A DNA stretch of 64,000 nt from Octopus sinensis (taxonomy: Eukaryota). Below the pieces are notes generated by a model. That model had not been told where the DNA came from. It did no database searches and saw nothing but the letters and a program-made list of their open reading frames with translations. Position 1 is the stretch's first letter. Every line of letters begins with the position of its first letter. This document shows, piece after piece, positions 25,470 to 39,271 of the stretch. The stretch spans positions 61,380,001-61,444,000 of the forward strand of contig NC_043010.1 in assembly GCF_006345805.1 (NCBI RefSeq). The letters are read 5' to 3'. Made by a program: the position numbers and the translations under genes.

Positions 25470-26085
25470 TCCGATGTGGCAGATAGATGTGTATGTATGT
25501 AAATATTTACAAATGTTGATATGTATATGAAAGAGAGAGAGAGATGCTTTGGGTGAATAAGTGTGTATATATGTGTGTATGTGTGTTAATATGTACATAA
25601 AGAGAGAGAGAGAGAGATGCCTTCAAAAACAATAACTAAATCAATGCTGACATCTTGAATTGTAATTAAAACTTCAGCAGGCTGACCATATTGATTTCAA
25701 TACAATTGAAAAGAAGCCCTTCTCTCTCTCTCTCTCTCTCTGTCCTTTTTTTTATCTGTCTTCTTTTCTTTAAAGGACAACATTTGACATCTTCAATTGT
25801 CTTTATCATCAGCTACCTATGAAAAAGCTATAAATCATACATCATCCCTCAAACATATCCTTTCTTTTTCTTCTCTGCCCTTCTTTCTATCTTCCTCTCT
25901 GCCTTTCCTCTCAATATAAACTCATAACAAAACAACAAAAATCCTCTTTTAGATCTGTGTAAAAGGGCAAGAAATTTTCTGTAAACCTTATATCTGAGGA
26001 GTCTCCATGAATGAGATGAAAGCGCTAATAAAGAATTATCCAAAATTCTGACTGCCTCCTTTTTCTTTGTATGTAAAATCTGTAC
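24945..26085. repeat. About 1.1-kb imperfect palindrome (arms about 24945-25400 and 25615-26085)
   Basis: Colinear inverted blocks, e.g. CAGTCAGAATCTTGGATAAT / ATTATCCAAAATTCTGACTG and TTCAAGATGTCAGCATTGATTTAGTTATTGTTTTTGAA / TTCAAAAACAATAACTAAATCAATGCTGACATCTTGAA. Confidence 0.85.
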
Positions 26086-26745
26086 ATCACTTCAAACAAT
26101 TTACACACACACACAATTGAATCAAATTTGACTAAAACCTTGCAGCATGCTATGCAAAGCTCATCCATAGTTACTGGCCACCAGATGTTATCATACAGTA
26201 GAAATACTCCTGTTACTGGACATACATCAGGGATTCCATAGTATCCACAGAGCTTATATTAAATAGATGAATAATACAAAATGAATGAACAACCATTCTT
26301 TATTCCAAATTACTGCAGTTGCTTCCATACATGACTACACCAATTTAGTAATTTAGTGAGATGATGTAATTAACGTACTTGGGTATTCATTCTCACAGAG
26401 AAAGAAATGAATCTAATGGAGGGCTTATTTAAAATATTCACCACAAGGAACCTATCTTAAACCTTTGATGTTGGATAGCAATTACACAATAGGTTAATTA
26501 AATCATCTCACCAATGTAACAATGGGTGCAATCAAGTGTGGAAACGATTGTAGAGAATTGAAATAAAGAATGTCTAGGAGTGGTTGTGTGGTAAGTAGCT
26601 TGCTTACCAACCACATGGTTCCGGGTTCAGTCCCACTGCGTGGCACCTTGGGCAAGTGTCTTCCACTATAGCCTCGGGCCGACCAATGCCTTGTGAGTGG
26701 ATTTGGCAGATGGAACCTGAAAGAAGCCCGTCGCATATATGTATG

Positions 26746-26801
<56 letters not shown>

Positions 26802-28379
26802 GTGTGTGTGTTTGTGTGTCTGTATTTGTCCCCCTAGCATTGCTTGACAACCGATGCTGGTGTGTTTATGTCCCCGTTGCTTAGCGGTTCGGCAAAAGAG
26901 ACCGATAGAATAAGTACTGGGCTTACAAAAAAGAATAAGTCCCGGGGTCGAGTTGCTCGACTTAAGGCTGTGCTCCAGCATGGCTGCAGTCAAATGACTG
27001 AAACAAGTAAAAGAAAGAGAGAAAGAGTGTATAAACGTTGTTTTCAGATGCCTTCATTCAGACCATTTCAACAAAAACAATCATTCCCAACATGAGTTTT
27101 GTGTCTGTTTTTCTGTATTGGCATGCATTGGGTGACACTTGTTGAGGTGGATATTCTATGACTGGATGCTCTTCCTCTCACCAACACTTAGCTGTTTTTT
27201 ATTTTTAAAGTAAGGTATTTTCATTCCACTGGTCCTCACACATTGAAACTGATGCAGTCTCTCAAACTATGGGCATGATGTGGGGGTCAGGGTTTACTGG
27301 AGGATTTAAAACAAAATTGTTTTTGTTGGCATGGTTTCTACAGCTGGATGCCCTTCCTAATGCCAACCACTTCACAGAGTGTGCTGTGTGCTTTTTACGT
27401 GGCATTAGCATTAGTGAGGTTGTCATGCACCTTGCAAGACTACAAAAACCTTGAGAGAAGCAGCTTTAAGGCTTGGAGATGCAGAATTAATGTTTGAGAG
27501 AAGGAGCCAGAACTTAGATTTGGGAAGAGAGGGTGGAAGTGATTGAAGTTTCTGGGTGGACCCTCAAGGTACAAGAGTAAATCGAGACAAACGAATTAGG
27601 AGTGTGGGCGGGTTGAAGTTGCAAGGGAGAATGGAGGACACACATGCACACTTTGTAGTGCATATAATACAATTGTAAACATGCAGGGAAACCGAGGTTA
27701 CCTGGGCACAGGTACTTCACGGCACTCTACCTGCCACAATCTTCAGGCACTGGAGCATGAAGCAGTCTTTGGACACATTGGAACCTGCCAAACTGTCCAA
27801 CCCATGCCAGCCTCGAAGATGGATGTCTGAGGATCATCATACATGCACACACACACACACACAAGCAAAAATGACCCCTACAAATACGAGTATGTGTGTA
27901 TACATTAATACATACATACATACTGTTTTTGTTATTTCATTTATGGTGTGTGTAACGTTTTTCTTTTTGTCTTTATTTCATGGAATGTGTGTGTGTATGC
28001 TGATGTGAAGAGCCTAACTTTATCAACTAATCAGTTGTGTCTTTTCTGTGTGAATCTATCTCTGGTCTGTCTGTGTGTCTCTGAGATCCAGAAGAAAAAA
28101 GAGAGAAAAAAAACCTCCACGAGAATGAAGACTGAAGTAGATGGTGAAATAACATCAATGATGGTGGGGGGGGAGGAAGGTGCTGATGGTGGTGGTGGCG
28201 GGGTCTTGGTTTTGGGTTGTGGAGATGATAATAGTAAAATAGCAATGATAATGGGGATGATGTTGATGATGATGATGATGGCATGCGTAGTGGTGATGAT
28301 GATGATGATGATGGAACCAACCAAAGAAGAAAAGAATTGCTGCTATTCGTTCTGGTGATTATTTCTCCCATTTTTTTTT

Positions 28380-29400
28380 TAGATTCTAGTAAATGATTTC
28401 ATGTGGAAAGATAGAAAGAATGAAAGAAAACATATACATAAGAAGAAATCAATGAAAGAAAGGAGAGAGAAAAAGAATTATAAGGGAATAGAATAAACGG
28501 AAATATAAAAAAAAATAATGGTGGTGGAAATGAGAGAGAGAGAGAGGGGGGGAGAGAGAGAGATAAGGGACAAGAAAATGTGAAAGAAAAAAATTGAAAA
28601 GAAAGGAAATGAAAAGATATAAAGGGACAAAAAGAAAAGGAAGAAAAAGAGAAAGAAAATTATATAAAAGAAAAATATACGTAGGAGGAGGAGGAGGAGG
28701 AGGAGAGTGAAGTAAAAGAAAGGAGGGAGAAGACGAGATTAAGAAAAGAAAAGAAAGTGGAGGTAGGAGTAAGTAATAAGGAGAGAGAGAGAGGGGGGAA
28801 AACAAGAGAAGAGGAACAGAGAAAATGGGCAAAGGATAAGATAGGAAATAAAGAGAGGGGGAGAAGGGAAGAGAGAGAGAGATAATTTAGAGGGAGGCAA
28901 GATAGAGGAAAGATAATGTATTAGAAGAGGAGGAAAGAGAAAACAAGATAGATTAATGTAAGAGAGGGAGAGAAAAGTGATAAGGTATTGGAGAGAGAGA
29001 GGGGGAAGGAAAGAGATACTCAACTAGGGAAGAAGAAAGAGAAGGTAATGTATTAAAGAGGGAAGAGATAAACTAGATAAGGTAATAGAGGGAGAGATTG
29101 TAGATAATGTATAACAGTGGAGAGACAACGAATATATACATGTATTAGAGGGAGGGAGAGAGAGAGAGAGAGAGGATAATGTATGCCAGAAGGTAGAGAG
29201 GAAAGATGTTGTATGATGGAGGGAGGGGGAGTAGATAATGCATTAGAGAGAGAGGGAGATATTGTATTAGAGAAGGAAAGAGGGTAAACATGAATATATA
29301 TAGATAGATAGATAGAGAGAGAGAGAGAGATGGATAATGTATTACAGGAGAGGATGAGAGAAAACGAAAGATAAGAGGGAGATTTATAGAAAATGTAGTT
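28380..29400 (+). repeat. About 1-kb polypurine (GA-rich) tract with a recurring ATAATGTATT motif in its second half
   Basis: Plus strand is mostly A/G; GATAATGTATTAG-like words recur about 7 times between 28910 and 29350. Confidence 0.85.
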
Positions 29401-32352
29401 GATGTAGTGTATGATGATGATGGTGGTGGTGGTGGTGATGAGTATTTTGGTAATCTATAGTATGATGATGTTTACACCCAGGTCAGCCCGAGCGAGTAGA
29501 CCTATAATCAGAGGCATTCCAGCTGTGACCATCCTGTCTTCTTCCAACGTGCAAGGAGTAACTGTTAGATAAGGACTGCATCAAATGCTGCCTTTATTTT
29601 AATTTTTTAGTTTATTTTATTTAATATCTAAGACGGTGATTTGAGGATGGAGGTGACTGCTTCCTCCCACGACCCTTCTGGTGAGGAGACGGCAACGATG
29701 GTGGTGGTGGTGGTGATAGCTGTGAGATATAAAGGGAGCAGGACGAAGATAAATGGAAAAGGAAATACAAAGAGAAAGAAAGAGGCGACGTATTAATAAA
29801 TAATAGAGAACACCTGCAGCAGACATTGATGGGAAAAAAGTGGGAGGGACAGCGGGGGGGGGGGGAGACGGTGAAGGGGGGGGTTAAGGAGAGATTCAAA
29901 GGTTTGTAAAATAAAAAAATTAAAGGTGAAATAGGGGTGTTTATGTCTTGTGGGTTACAGGACATTTTTTCGGAGCTGAAGAGTGATGTTACAAGCTGAT
30001 TCGATCCCCAGTGTATTGATGGTACTGGTTTAATTGACCCCCAGCCGGGTTTTGAACCCCGAACGTAGGGGAGACAAACCGATTCTGTGTTCTGTGTTGT
30101 ATATATACCTCCGGGGCTACGCACACGTTCACAAGGTAGGACCGATGAGATTGTGTGACGTTCATGCCTTTCCTGAAATCACCAGGTGATTGAACGTGGC
30201 ACAAATGGAGGTCAGGAGGGGGAGATACGAGTGACAGAATCGATCTAATTATTCTGCTGGAGTTGAGTTTATGACCCCGGACCGATGAAAATCGAAAGCC
30301 AATCTCAATGTGATTTGAACGTAGATTATGGAAGACCCAAACTGAGCCACCAGATCGATTCTCACCACATTTGCCACACATAAGGGTTGAGTTAACCTGC
30401 TAAAAACAGCAGCCAAACTTCCTTCAAACAACGGCCAGTTCTATAAAAGGAAGACCACATTCGCTCCAACCGTGATACCCGATGATACAACTGGTACTTA
30501 TTTTACCGAGATCAGGCAGTACAAATGTACTAACTTTACTGACACGTTGAGAGGCGTTGGTCCATACATGGTTAATTGGTCTGCTAGAAATAACTGCTAA
30601 ATTTCCCTCAAATCACACTCTTATGATCTTAAAAAAATGAAAGACACGTTGGACAATGTAGTCCTGGATACACACACACACACAGATGGGTTGTTGTGGT
30701 TGAATAGGTCTACTCCACCAGGACTTACCTGGTGCCTAGTAACAACTTCTTTTCATTAGACACAAGGCTAATGGAGGAGTGGTGCTAGTTGAATGAACCT
30801 CAGTGTATCACTGGTATTTTACACTGTGATTATATACATTTTCTCAATAAGACAAAAAGGCGGATGTATGTATATATATATATACACACACACAGTAAGG
30901 AGGGAGAGAGAGAGAGACAGACAGACAGAATGAGAGGTAGATATATAGACAGAGAGACAAGATTTTACATCTTTAATCTTTTCACCAGAGAAGTTTCGTA
31001 TCGAAAAACCGAAAATGAAGCAGGATATGCAGGGAAATGTAGTCCCTCATATATATAAATAGATGGGATGGTCAAAGCCGGAACGTTTTTCATCCCAGGG
31101 CTGTTTGGCAACGACTGACCTGGGGCTTAAACGTCAGCGAATTGAAACTAAAACGAGTTAACAAGGTGGCTCCTATGTGGTCACTCGAGATGCTAGAAAT
31201 AGCAGTTAAATCTTCCTCTATTAACGCCCCTATGTGGTCACTCAAGATGCTAGAAATAGCAGTTAAATCTTCCTCTATTAACGCCCCATCGTCTCAAGAT
31301 ATTTATTTGACAATGTAATAAACTGACATAGAAAAGAACGGGATAGCTAAGGATGGAGCGCTTTTAGTGGAAGATTTACTCAATAGAATAAAGTACCAGT
31401 GAAAAACCGTGGTCGATTTAATATTTCTATAAGTATTCTATAGGTGGATGGGATTATATAAGGGTAGGACAGAGAGGGGGTTCAACAACAAGAAATGAAA
31501 ATGAAAATTTAAAAAACAGGATATTGCTATGTTCGGATACAAAAAATAATGAAATTATTAAAAAAAACCTATCATTAGACCCTGTTTATCGTCAAACCAG
31601 GCAACTGGTCTTTTTTCTCGACATAGATACCTCTTCACACATTACCGCTCATCCACTTTCATCCCGCCTTCAATAAGAAAAAAAAAGATCTTCCTAAAGA
31701 GAAGGCCGCTACATCTTTGGCGTGTGTCTTCGAGCGGGATTTGAAGAAGTCTGTGAATGGATGTGTTGAGAGAAGCATGTAACAGACTTTATTTTCGTTA
31801 ACTTTGTTGCCAATTATTTTCGTGGAACCGTAATAGTTGTCTACAGGAATAGACAGCACCCCCAAACCCGACCCACGTCAACTGTCCTTGTTTGAAGGAC
31901 GGCGGAGGCGCTCCTCGATGTGATCGCTCGACATCTCTAAAAATAGCAACCAAATCACCTTTACTGTCCTTTAAAAAAAAAATGTAGGACAATGCATACA
32001 CTGGTTTATAAAATACAGGATGGTCATGGCTGGAACACCTTTGATCATAGGTCTGCTCGATCATCCCTGATGTAGTTACATAGCAATATCAACAAACTTG
32101 CTTTATGGGACTGAACGGGTGGAAGAGGAAATGGTGTCTGCATCTTCCTGCTTAATTACATTTTATAAAATTAGCAGAGTTTCAGGTGTAATGGCAATGC
32201 TTTAACAGAAAAATATTTCGAAACCTGCCATATTTGTGGAATTAAATATGTAAATTATTCGCGTGAAATTGCTGAGGTTGATATAATCGTCTCGGCCCAC
32301 CCACAAAACGTGTGACCCCGTGACAAAATCAAAAACTACTTTTATTAATATT

Positions 32353-32570
32353 AAGGCGGCGAGATGGCAGAATTGTTAGCGCGGCGGAGAAAATGCCTTG
32401 CGGTATTTCTTCCGGCTCTACGTTCAGAGATCAAATCCCGCCGAAATAGTCTTCGCCTTTCATCATTTCGGGATCGATTAAATAAAATACTTGAGAACTA
32501 AAGTCGGTGTTATCGACTTACCCATGCCCACGAAAATTGCTGGCCTTGTGCCAAATTTTGAAGGAATTAT
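32353..32570 (+). mobile_element. tRNA-derived SINE family B; other copies at about 2559-2760, 11075-11245 (-), 12415-12600 (-), 35200-35430 (-), 40130-40560 (-, two copies) and 56600-56810
   Basis: Head GGCGGCGAG.TGGCAGAAT.GTTAGC and core TCATCCTTTCGGGGTCGATAAATTAAGTACCAG in several colinear copies. Confidence 0.8.
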
Positions 32571-33147
32571 TAAACCTTTCTGCTTTTTGCATTTCATGAT
32601 TGTACAAAGTAGACCCATTGATGGCCAGAACGCTTCATGCACTTAGGTTCAAATCCCGCCAGGGCCAGCTTTTCTATTCACCCATCCGGAGCAGATTAAA
32701 TAGGTGCCCAATTACGTGTACTGGGGGTCGATTTAAGCAATTACAACACCCTCACCTGAAATGTCCGGCTTTCTGTCTGTGTATGAAATCACGGATACTA
32801 GAAGCAGTAGCTGAGAGAATAAGGAGAGTTGAGGGCAAAATATTTTTGGGTTTCCCGTTATTTCTTCGCTCCCAGTTCAATTTCAACCACGGACAAAATT
32901 GGGTGACACCTAAAACCTCTTGAAATTTGTAGCTTTCTGCTTTGATATCTAAACCACATCGCTAACACCATCGTCGTTATCATTTCAGACATTGGCACAG
33001 GTTCACATTGATTAAATTATTATCTGATAAATTAAAAAAAGGAATGTAATAACAAACAGAAATACGAGAAAGAAGACAGGATCAAATATTAAAGGTTAAA
33101 AAAATTGTATAACTTTAAGACACACATATATGCCTATATACATACAT

Positions 33148-33198
<51 letters not shown>

Positions 33199-33239
33199 TA
33201 TATGGATCAATATTAACTCTTTAGCAAAGTTTCGACTGT

Positions 33240-33860
33240 CTACTTACCAAGTTGCGCTTGTAACAGGAGAATGTTGACAGAACTTAGCGATGTGTGTATA
33301 TATACATGTGTGTGTGTGTGTGTGATGCCTCTTTAAACGATGCACTTTATGTGGTTAATGTGTGTCCAGTTACTATGTATATATAATAAAGAATATATAT
33401 ACATATATACACACACACACACACACAGCACTATACACTGAAGAAATACTAATGAATGAATAAGATCTATAAAGCAGTTTTTATCGTTGTTTTGTTGTAA
33501 CAATGGCAAGAGAGAGTGAAGTGTGAAATAAACAGACGGTGTGATCCAGAAGCGTTGGGTTGCGCCCGGCGGAGAGCAGGACTTGGACGGGCATCGAATC
33601 AAGTGCCCACACCTTCTTCTTCTATTGTTGTTGTCATTGTGGCTCCATTTGGATGGGAAAGTACAGGAAGTAGCAGTAGCAGCAGTGGCGACAGTAGCAG
33701 CGACTAGCGGTGGCGGCTGAGAAACAAGAGCAGATAACCGCTAAGAAAGAGGGGGAAAAGAGAGAAGAAAAAGAGATAGAGAGAGTCTTAGTCTTTATAA
33801 TTCTGTTGACGTCTTTTTTTTTATTATTATTATTTGTCCAGGAAACCCAGTAAGACTTGG
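33240..33860. promoter_or_regulatory. CpG-containing promoter/first-exon-like region between the divergent ZNF genes
   Basis: Locally GC/CpG-rich unique sequence (33510-33760) flanked by a minus-strand donor (TTG|GTAAGT, about 33242-33250) and a plus-strand donor-like CA|GTAAGA (33850). Confidence 0.35.
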
Positions 33861-35759
33861 TACTTAAACATTCGCCGAATTTCGACACAGTTTCCGTCTA
33901 TCAAATTTCGGTCTCACGGTATTTAGTCCACCCGAAGCAAACTTCTAAACCACTCGCCCAACTTCCCAACTTGAGGCGCAATGACAAAATCTTTGACATT
34001 TGAAATATTCTTCAAGGTGATGGTCATCATACAACCAAAGTTTCACTGGTCTGAAATAACCACAACTATATAAAGCATCATCATCATCATTTAACGGCCA
34101 TTTTCCATGCTGACATGGGTTGGATGATTTGACAGGAGCAGGTGAGGCAAAAGACTGCACCAGGCCCCAGTTGTCTATTTTGGCATGGTTTCTACGACTG
34201 GATGCCCTTCCTAACGCCAACCACTTCACAGAGTGTACTGGGTGCTTTTCACAAGGCACCAGCATGGGTGCTCTTTAGTACCAACACCCACAAGCTTGCA
34301 TGACAAGGACCTCTCAGCCGAGAAAGGTAGTGGAACTGAGAAATAAAAGTACGATGGGAGGACAGAGGTAGCCTTCTCTCCATTGAGGAGGTACTTGGCT
34401 ACTTCAGTAGAACAAGGAAGGTGGGGGTGAGTTACAGAAAGATAAACTGTCAAATTGAGAGAAAGGGTTTGCCAAAAGGGAATGATAGGGGTAGTAGTAT
34501 AAGTAGTACAGAGAGGATAGAGGGGGATGTTTGGAGATAGCAAAAATAGTAAGTGATGTTGAGAAGAATTGGAGTGGCTGAGAGGGGGTGGTCTGGTAGA
34601 TATTAAGTTTCTTAAAAAGCACCAAACGATTGTGGCCAATACCAGACTCCCCTGGCACCTGTGCCGGTGGCACATAAAAAGCACCCACTACACTCACGGA
34701 GTGGTTGGCGTTAGGAAGATCAGACTGGAGCCTGGTGCAACCTCCATGACTTCCCAGACCCCGGTCGAACCATCCAACCCATGCTAGCATGGAAAACGGA
34801 CATTAAACGATGATGATGATGATGATGAGTACCTGTTTTTAAAACAATAAGTCAATTCATTCAAGTAAAAAGCTCTTCAAAATGGTGCCCCAGCATGGCC
34901 GAAGTCTGATGACTTAAATAAGTAAGAAATAAAGGACAGACGGGAACAAGGCTTGAAAATATATTAAAATTTTTTTGTTTTTAGTGGAGGATGGGGTGAA
35001 TCAGTACCATTCAGACCAGTACTTCAATGGTACTTTATTTTGTGAACTCCAGAAGGATGAAGACAAAGTTGACCTCAGCCAGATATGAACTCAGAACCAG
35101 AATATATCTCAAAGGGCATTTGTCCAACACTAATGATACAGCCAACCTCACTCCTAAAAAATAAGAACAACAACAAAAATTCTTTTTTTTTTCTTTTCTA
35201 CTCTAGGCACAGGGCTTGAATTTTTGGGGGTAGGGGCCAGTTGATTACATCGACCCCAGTATGCAACTGGTACTTAATTTATTGACCCCGAAAGGATGAA
35301 TGGCAAAGTTGACCATGGTGGAATTTGAACTCAGAACGTAACGGCAGACGAAATACCTATTTCTTTACTACTCACAAGGGGCTAAACACAGAGAGGACAA
35401 CCAAGGACAGACAAACGGATTAAGTCGATTATATGGCTGCACCAGGCTCCAATCTGATCTGGCAAAGTTTCTACAGCTGGATGCCCTTCCTAATGCCAAC
35501 CACTCGGTGCTTTTATATGCCACTGGCACGAGAGCCAGTCAGGCGATTTTGGCAATGACCATGCTCAAAAGGTCTTTTTAACGTGCTACCAGCACAGGAG
35601 CCAATCCAGCAACACTGGCAGCGACCATGCTTGAATGTTGTCTTTTACGTGCCACCAGCACATGTGCCAGAAAGGCAGTAGTGACATTGGCCATGTCAGC
35701 GATTTTGATTTGATTTGATTTGGTTTCACTTGCCTCTAAATTGTTGAATTTAGATGAAG

Positions 35760-37620
35760 GAGCAGAGCTTATGACCCTTGCAAGCCTGGCAAGATGGGTG
35801 AGGTTAATGTCTTGTTTAAACAGTTGCAGGTCAACATATCAGCAGGGAGGAGTTTCTAGGGATGAAGGATTGAGCAATAATGTCTAATGCTGAGAAAGGG
35901 TAGTTGGACACATCAAGTGTGATGAGGAGTGAATTAGGAGTGCCTTGCTGGTGGGGGTACAAGACCAGCAAGCTTTGGGGAGGTGATGATAGTAGCAATA
36001 AAAGAGAGGAGACAACATGGCTGTTGGCCAGAGGCTGGAGTGCATCTGTTTGTGATTTTATATCAGTTACTTCAGTGGTCTGTCTCTGGAAGTGATCCAA
36101 GCTGTCAGCCACAGCACAATCCCAGATGGAGGAGCAATGCCCCACTGTGGGATTCCCTTGAGCCTTGTAGAGTGTCAGCAGCTGTTAAAGGCTGAAAAAT
36201 TTCTTTGGTCCTGACAAGAAAAGTCAATTTCTTGGGTGCCATCGTAGCTCTGCTGGGGTTTCCTACGGGTGGGAGAGATCATTATCATCGTTTAACATCC
36301 GCTTTCCATGCTAGCATGGGTTGGATGATTTGACTGAGGACTGGCAAACCAGATGGCTGCACCAGGCTCCAATCTGATCTGGCAGCGTTTCTACAGCTTG
36401 ATGCCCTTCTTAATGCCAACCACTCTGAGAGTGTAGTGGGTGCTTTTACGTGCTACCGGCATGGGGCCAGTCAGGCGGTACTGGCAACAACCATGCTCAA
36501 ATCTTTTACACATGCCACCGGCACAAGTGCCAGTAAGGTGATGCTGGTAATGATCACACTCGATTGGTACCTTTTAAGTGCCACTGGCACGGAAGCTGGT
36601 TAGCCGCTCTGTCAATGATCACAATCGTATAGTGCTCTTTGTACCCTACTAGCATGGATGCCAGTCATTGAATTTGATTTTGATTTCACTTGCCTCAACA
36701 GGTCTTCACAAGCAGAGTTTTAGTGTCCAAAGAAGGAAAAGGTACGCATAAGTGAGCTAAGGCTCAGCAACTGGAGTGACTCTGGAGCTCTGCTCATATT
36801 TAAAGTAGAGTAGCATGGTATGGTGTAGTGTAGCAGTGTCCTTTTTCTTTCTTTCTATTAAAAGAGAAAGGTTGATATGGCCCCACTGAAATATTCCCTC
36901 AAGGTCTCTATTTATTGGATCAATACAGTTTGGATGTCCTGTGTGTAGGCCGTGTGTGTGCAAGTGTGTGAATGATGCATGGTCAGAGAAAGTTTTATGA
37001 TGAATGAAAGATTGTATCAACTGTGTGGATGTTGTTGGATGTAGCAGCCAATAGTTTATTAAATCATAGAAAGAAGAGAGGTGGTGACAAAAATGAACCC
37101 TGGGGAGCACCAGAGTTGGCTGAGAGAGGAGTAGAAAGACTTTCATCAGTGCATGCTGCAATGGTGTGATCTGATAGGGAACTACTAATCCAAGAGGTGA
37201 AAGATGGATGGAGCTTGTAGGAGGGAAGATTTGCTAAGGGATTCACATGCCAGACACGGTCAAAGATTTAGTTGATGTCTTGGGAAACAACAATGCTTTC
37301 ACTGGACATCTCTAAAGTGAGAGCTCACTTCTGAGTGACATAAGTGAGTAAATTTCCAGTAGACCTTGCTTTGTGGAAGCCGTACTGGTGGTTACTGATA
37401 GAGAGGGAGAGAGAGAACATTATTATTGCCTGTCTCCATTACCTTGGAGATGTTGGAAGTGAGAGTGATGGTAGGGTGGGTGGCATTTCTGTGGAATGGG
37501 ACATACTGAAGAATGTTTCCAAATGTCAGGCTATATCTCCATAGAGATTAAGAGTTTAAAGATTTTGGTGAACATGGGGAGCAGGTTCTGGGGTGACATT
37601 GCTTAAGTGTAACTCCAGTT
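35760..37620 (-). mobile_element. Decayed non-LTR retrotransposon ORF2 (CR1/Jockey group RT plus C-terminus), split by a SINE at about 36285-36745
   Basis: Ordered degenerate motifs: PDIWKHSSVCPIP, NHQYGFHKARST, FDRVWH...NLPSY, SGAPQGSFLSP, QLLTLYKAQ, LQPLA, SFIPRNS. Confidence 0.8.
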
Positions 37621-38159
37621 ATGAACTGACTCAGACAGTGGAAACCTGTCCAAATCAGACTAGCAGGAAAACCTGATAAGAAAAGGGATATTTTAAAAAA
37701 ATTTACAGGCCAAATTTTAGCTTTGGGTTACTTTCTAACACAATTCAGATGTTTTCTGTGCCTTTCTGGAATACATGTAAAAGACCTGCCCTGAATACGA
37801 GGGGCTTAATAAATTAATAACATTCTTAATGTATTGAGTTCTGTTTGTTCTACCAAATAAAGATATATGTGTTGTGTTTGTGAGTGTATATAGATTCATT
37901 TATATCTTCAGACAATCAAACATTTTAATATCTTAGATTCAAATCCACATCAAACAATCGATGACAGCCCGTTTGGTGTCTTCTTTAGTGCAGAGCCAAG
38001 ATTATCTCCCTTGACTTAAGAAACAGACAGAGAGGGAGTAAGCGTAAGAGAGAGAGAGAGAGAGGGAAAGTGAAGGAGAAAGAGGGGTGCGAGGTTGAGT
38101 TATATAAAAAGAACAGAGAGAGGGGGAAAGAGAGAAATAGATAGGGACATAGAGAGAGG

Positions 38160-38328
38160 GTAGCAGTTGGCGTGTCTCCTCCCCCTCCACCTTCAGAGCT
38201 GCGACCTAAAACACAAACACATATGTGCAGAAATAAGCAAACCTTTGTGGCACCCCTCGAGCCCCGCAAACCCTTTTATTCTTCATCCACACCTTGCTGT
38301 TTTGGTCAGGGCACACTCCAAGGTAAGT
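38160..38328 (+). promoter_or_regulatory. Putative non-coding first exon and splice donor of ZNF-B
   Basis: Non-repetitive CpG-containing segment after a GA-rich tract, ending in a consensus donor AAG|GTAAGT (38323); candidate acceptors at about 43637 (TTTTCCAG) and 44229 (TTTGAATTCAG). Confidence 0.45.
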
Positions 38329-39225
38329 ATTTCCTCCCTGCATCTTCTCTTAATCGTCTTCCTTCGTCCAGCCGAACCGATTCATTCTGCAACCACACAG
38401 GACTCGGGGAAAGGTTCTTCGTCTACCATTGTTTGTAGAAATGAGATAATCCGCTCGTTTAAGCCTCTTTTCTTAAATCCTCTCTTTTCTCCGACAGAAA
38501 CCCACGACAGGGCTTTGTGTTTGCTGTAAAGAAGAAGGAGAAATAGATTATTCTTAAGTGAGGGATCAATATGTAATAACGACAACCATGTAAATCGGTC
38601 ACTGGTTTATGGCCACTGATGTACCTTCTTGACAAATGAGAATCAAACAAGTTTCTTTAGGTAAGCTTCCCATTCTTCTCCTTGTTCTTCCTCTCCTCCT
38701 TATTCTTTTCCTTCCCAATCTTCTTTAACCCCAAACATATTTGGGGTTTTGTGTGTATTTATGGGGGTTTCTTACACCTTTAATTCAAGACCCTCCAATG
38801 ATTATTCAAGTTTATTGTTTGTTTAATTCATCTCTGTGTCTCAGTAGCCACAAAGACATTTCTCTCATGATGTATGCGTGTATGTATATATATATATATA
38901 ATATATATACATACATACACACACATAAATTATGTGTGTGTATATATATATATGTGTGTATGTATATATATATATATATAAACATACACACATAATTTAT
39001 GTGTGTGTAAACAACCTGAAAGTGGCTAACGATTCACGTATAGACACATATTTACGAGGAAAAAATGAAAACATATTCATATAAACAGGAACTTTGTGTG
39101 TGTATTTATGTAGTTTATATAATACGATGTACACATCTATGTGGATACATAAAATATATAAGCAGTATAGAGATACATACATATATATAAACACACACAC
39201 ATGTATATATACATATACACACACG

Positions 39226-39271
<46 letters not shown>

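Noticed and set aside
27948-28371. Low-complexity ORFs on both strands
   Set aside because: Driven by (GAT)n and (GGT)n repeats; more likely UTR or intergenic sequence.
30723-30735. Minus-strand splice donor or U1-like ACTTACCTGG
   Set aside because: It lies within the degenerate 3' end of a family D repeat, with no snRNA body.
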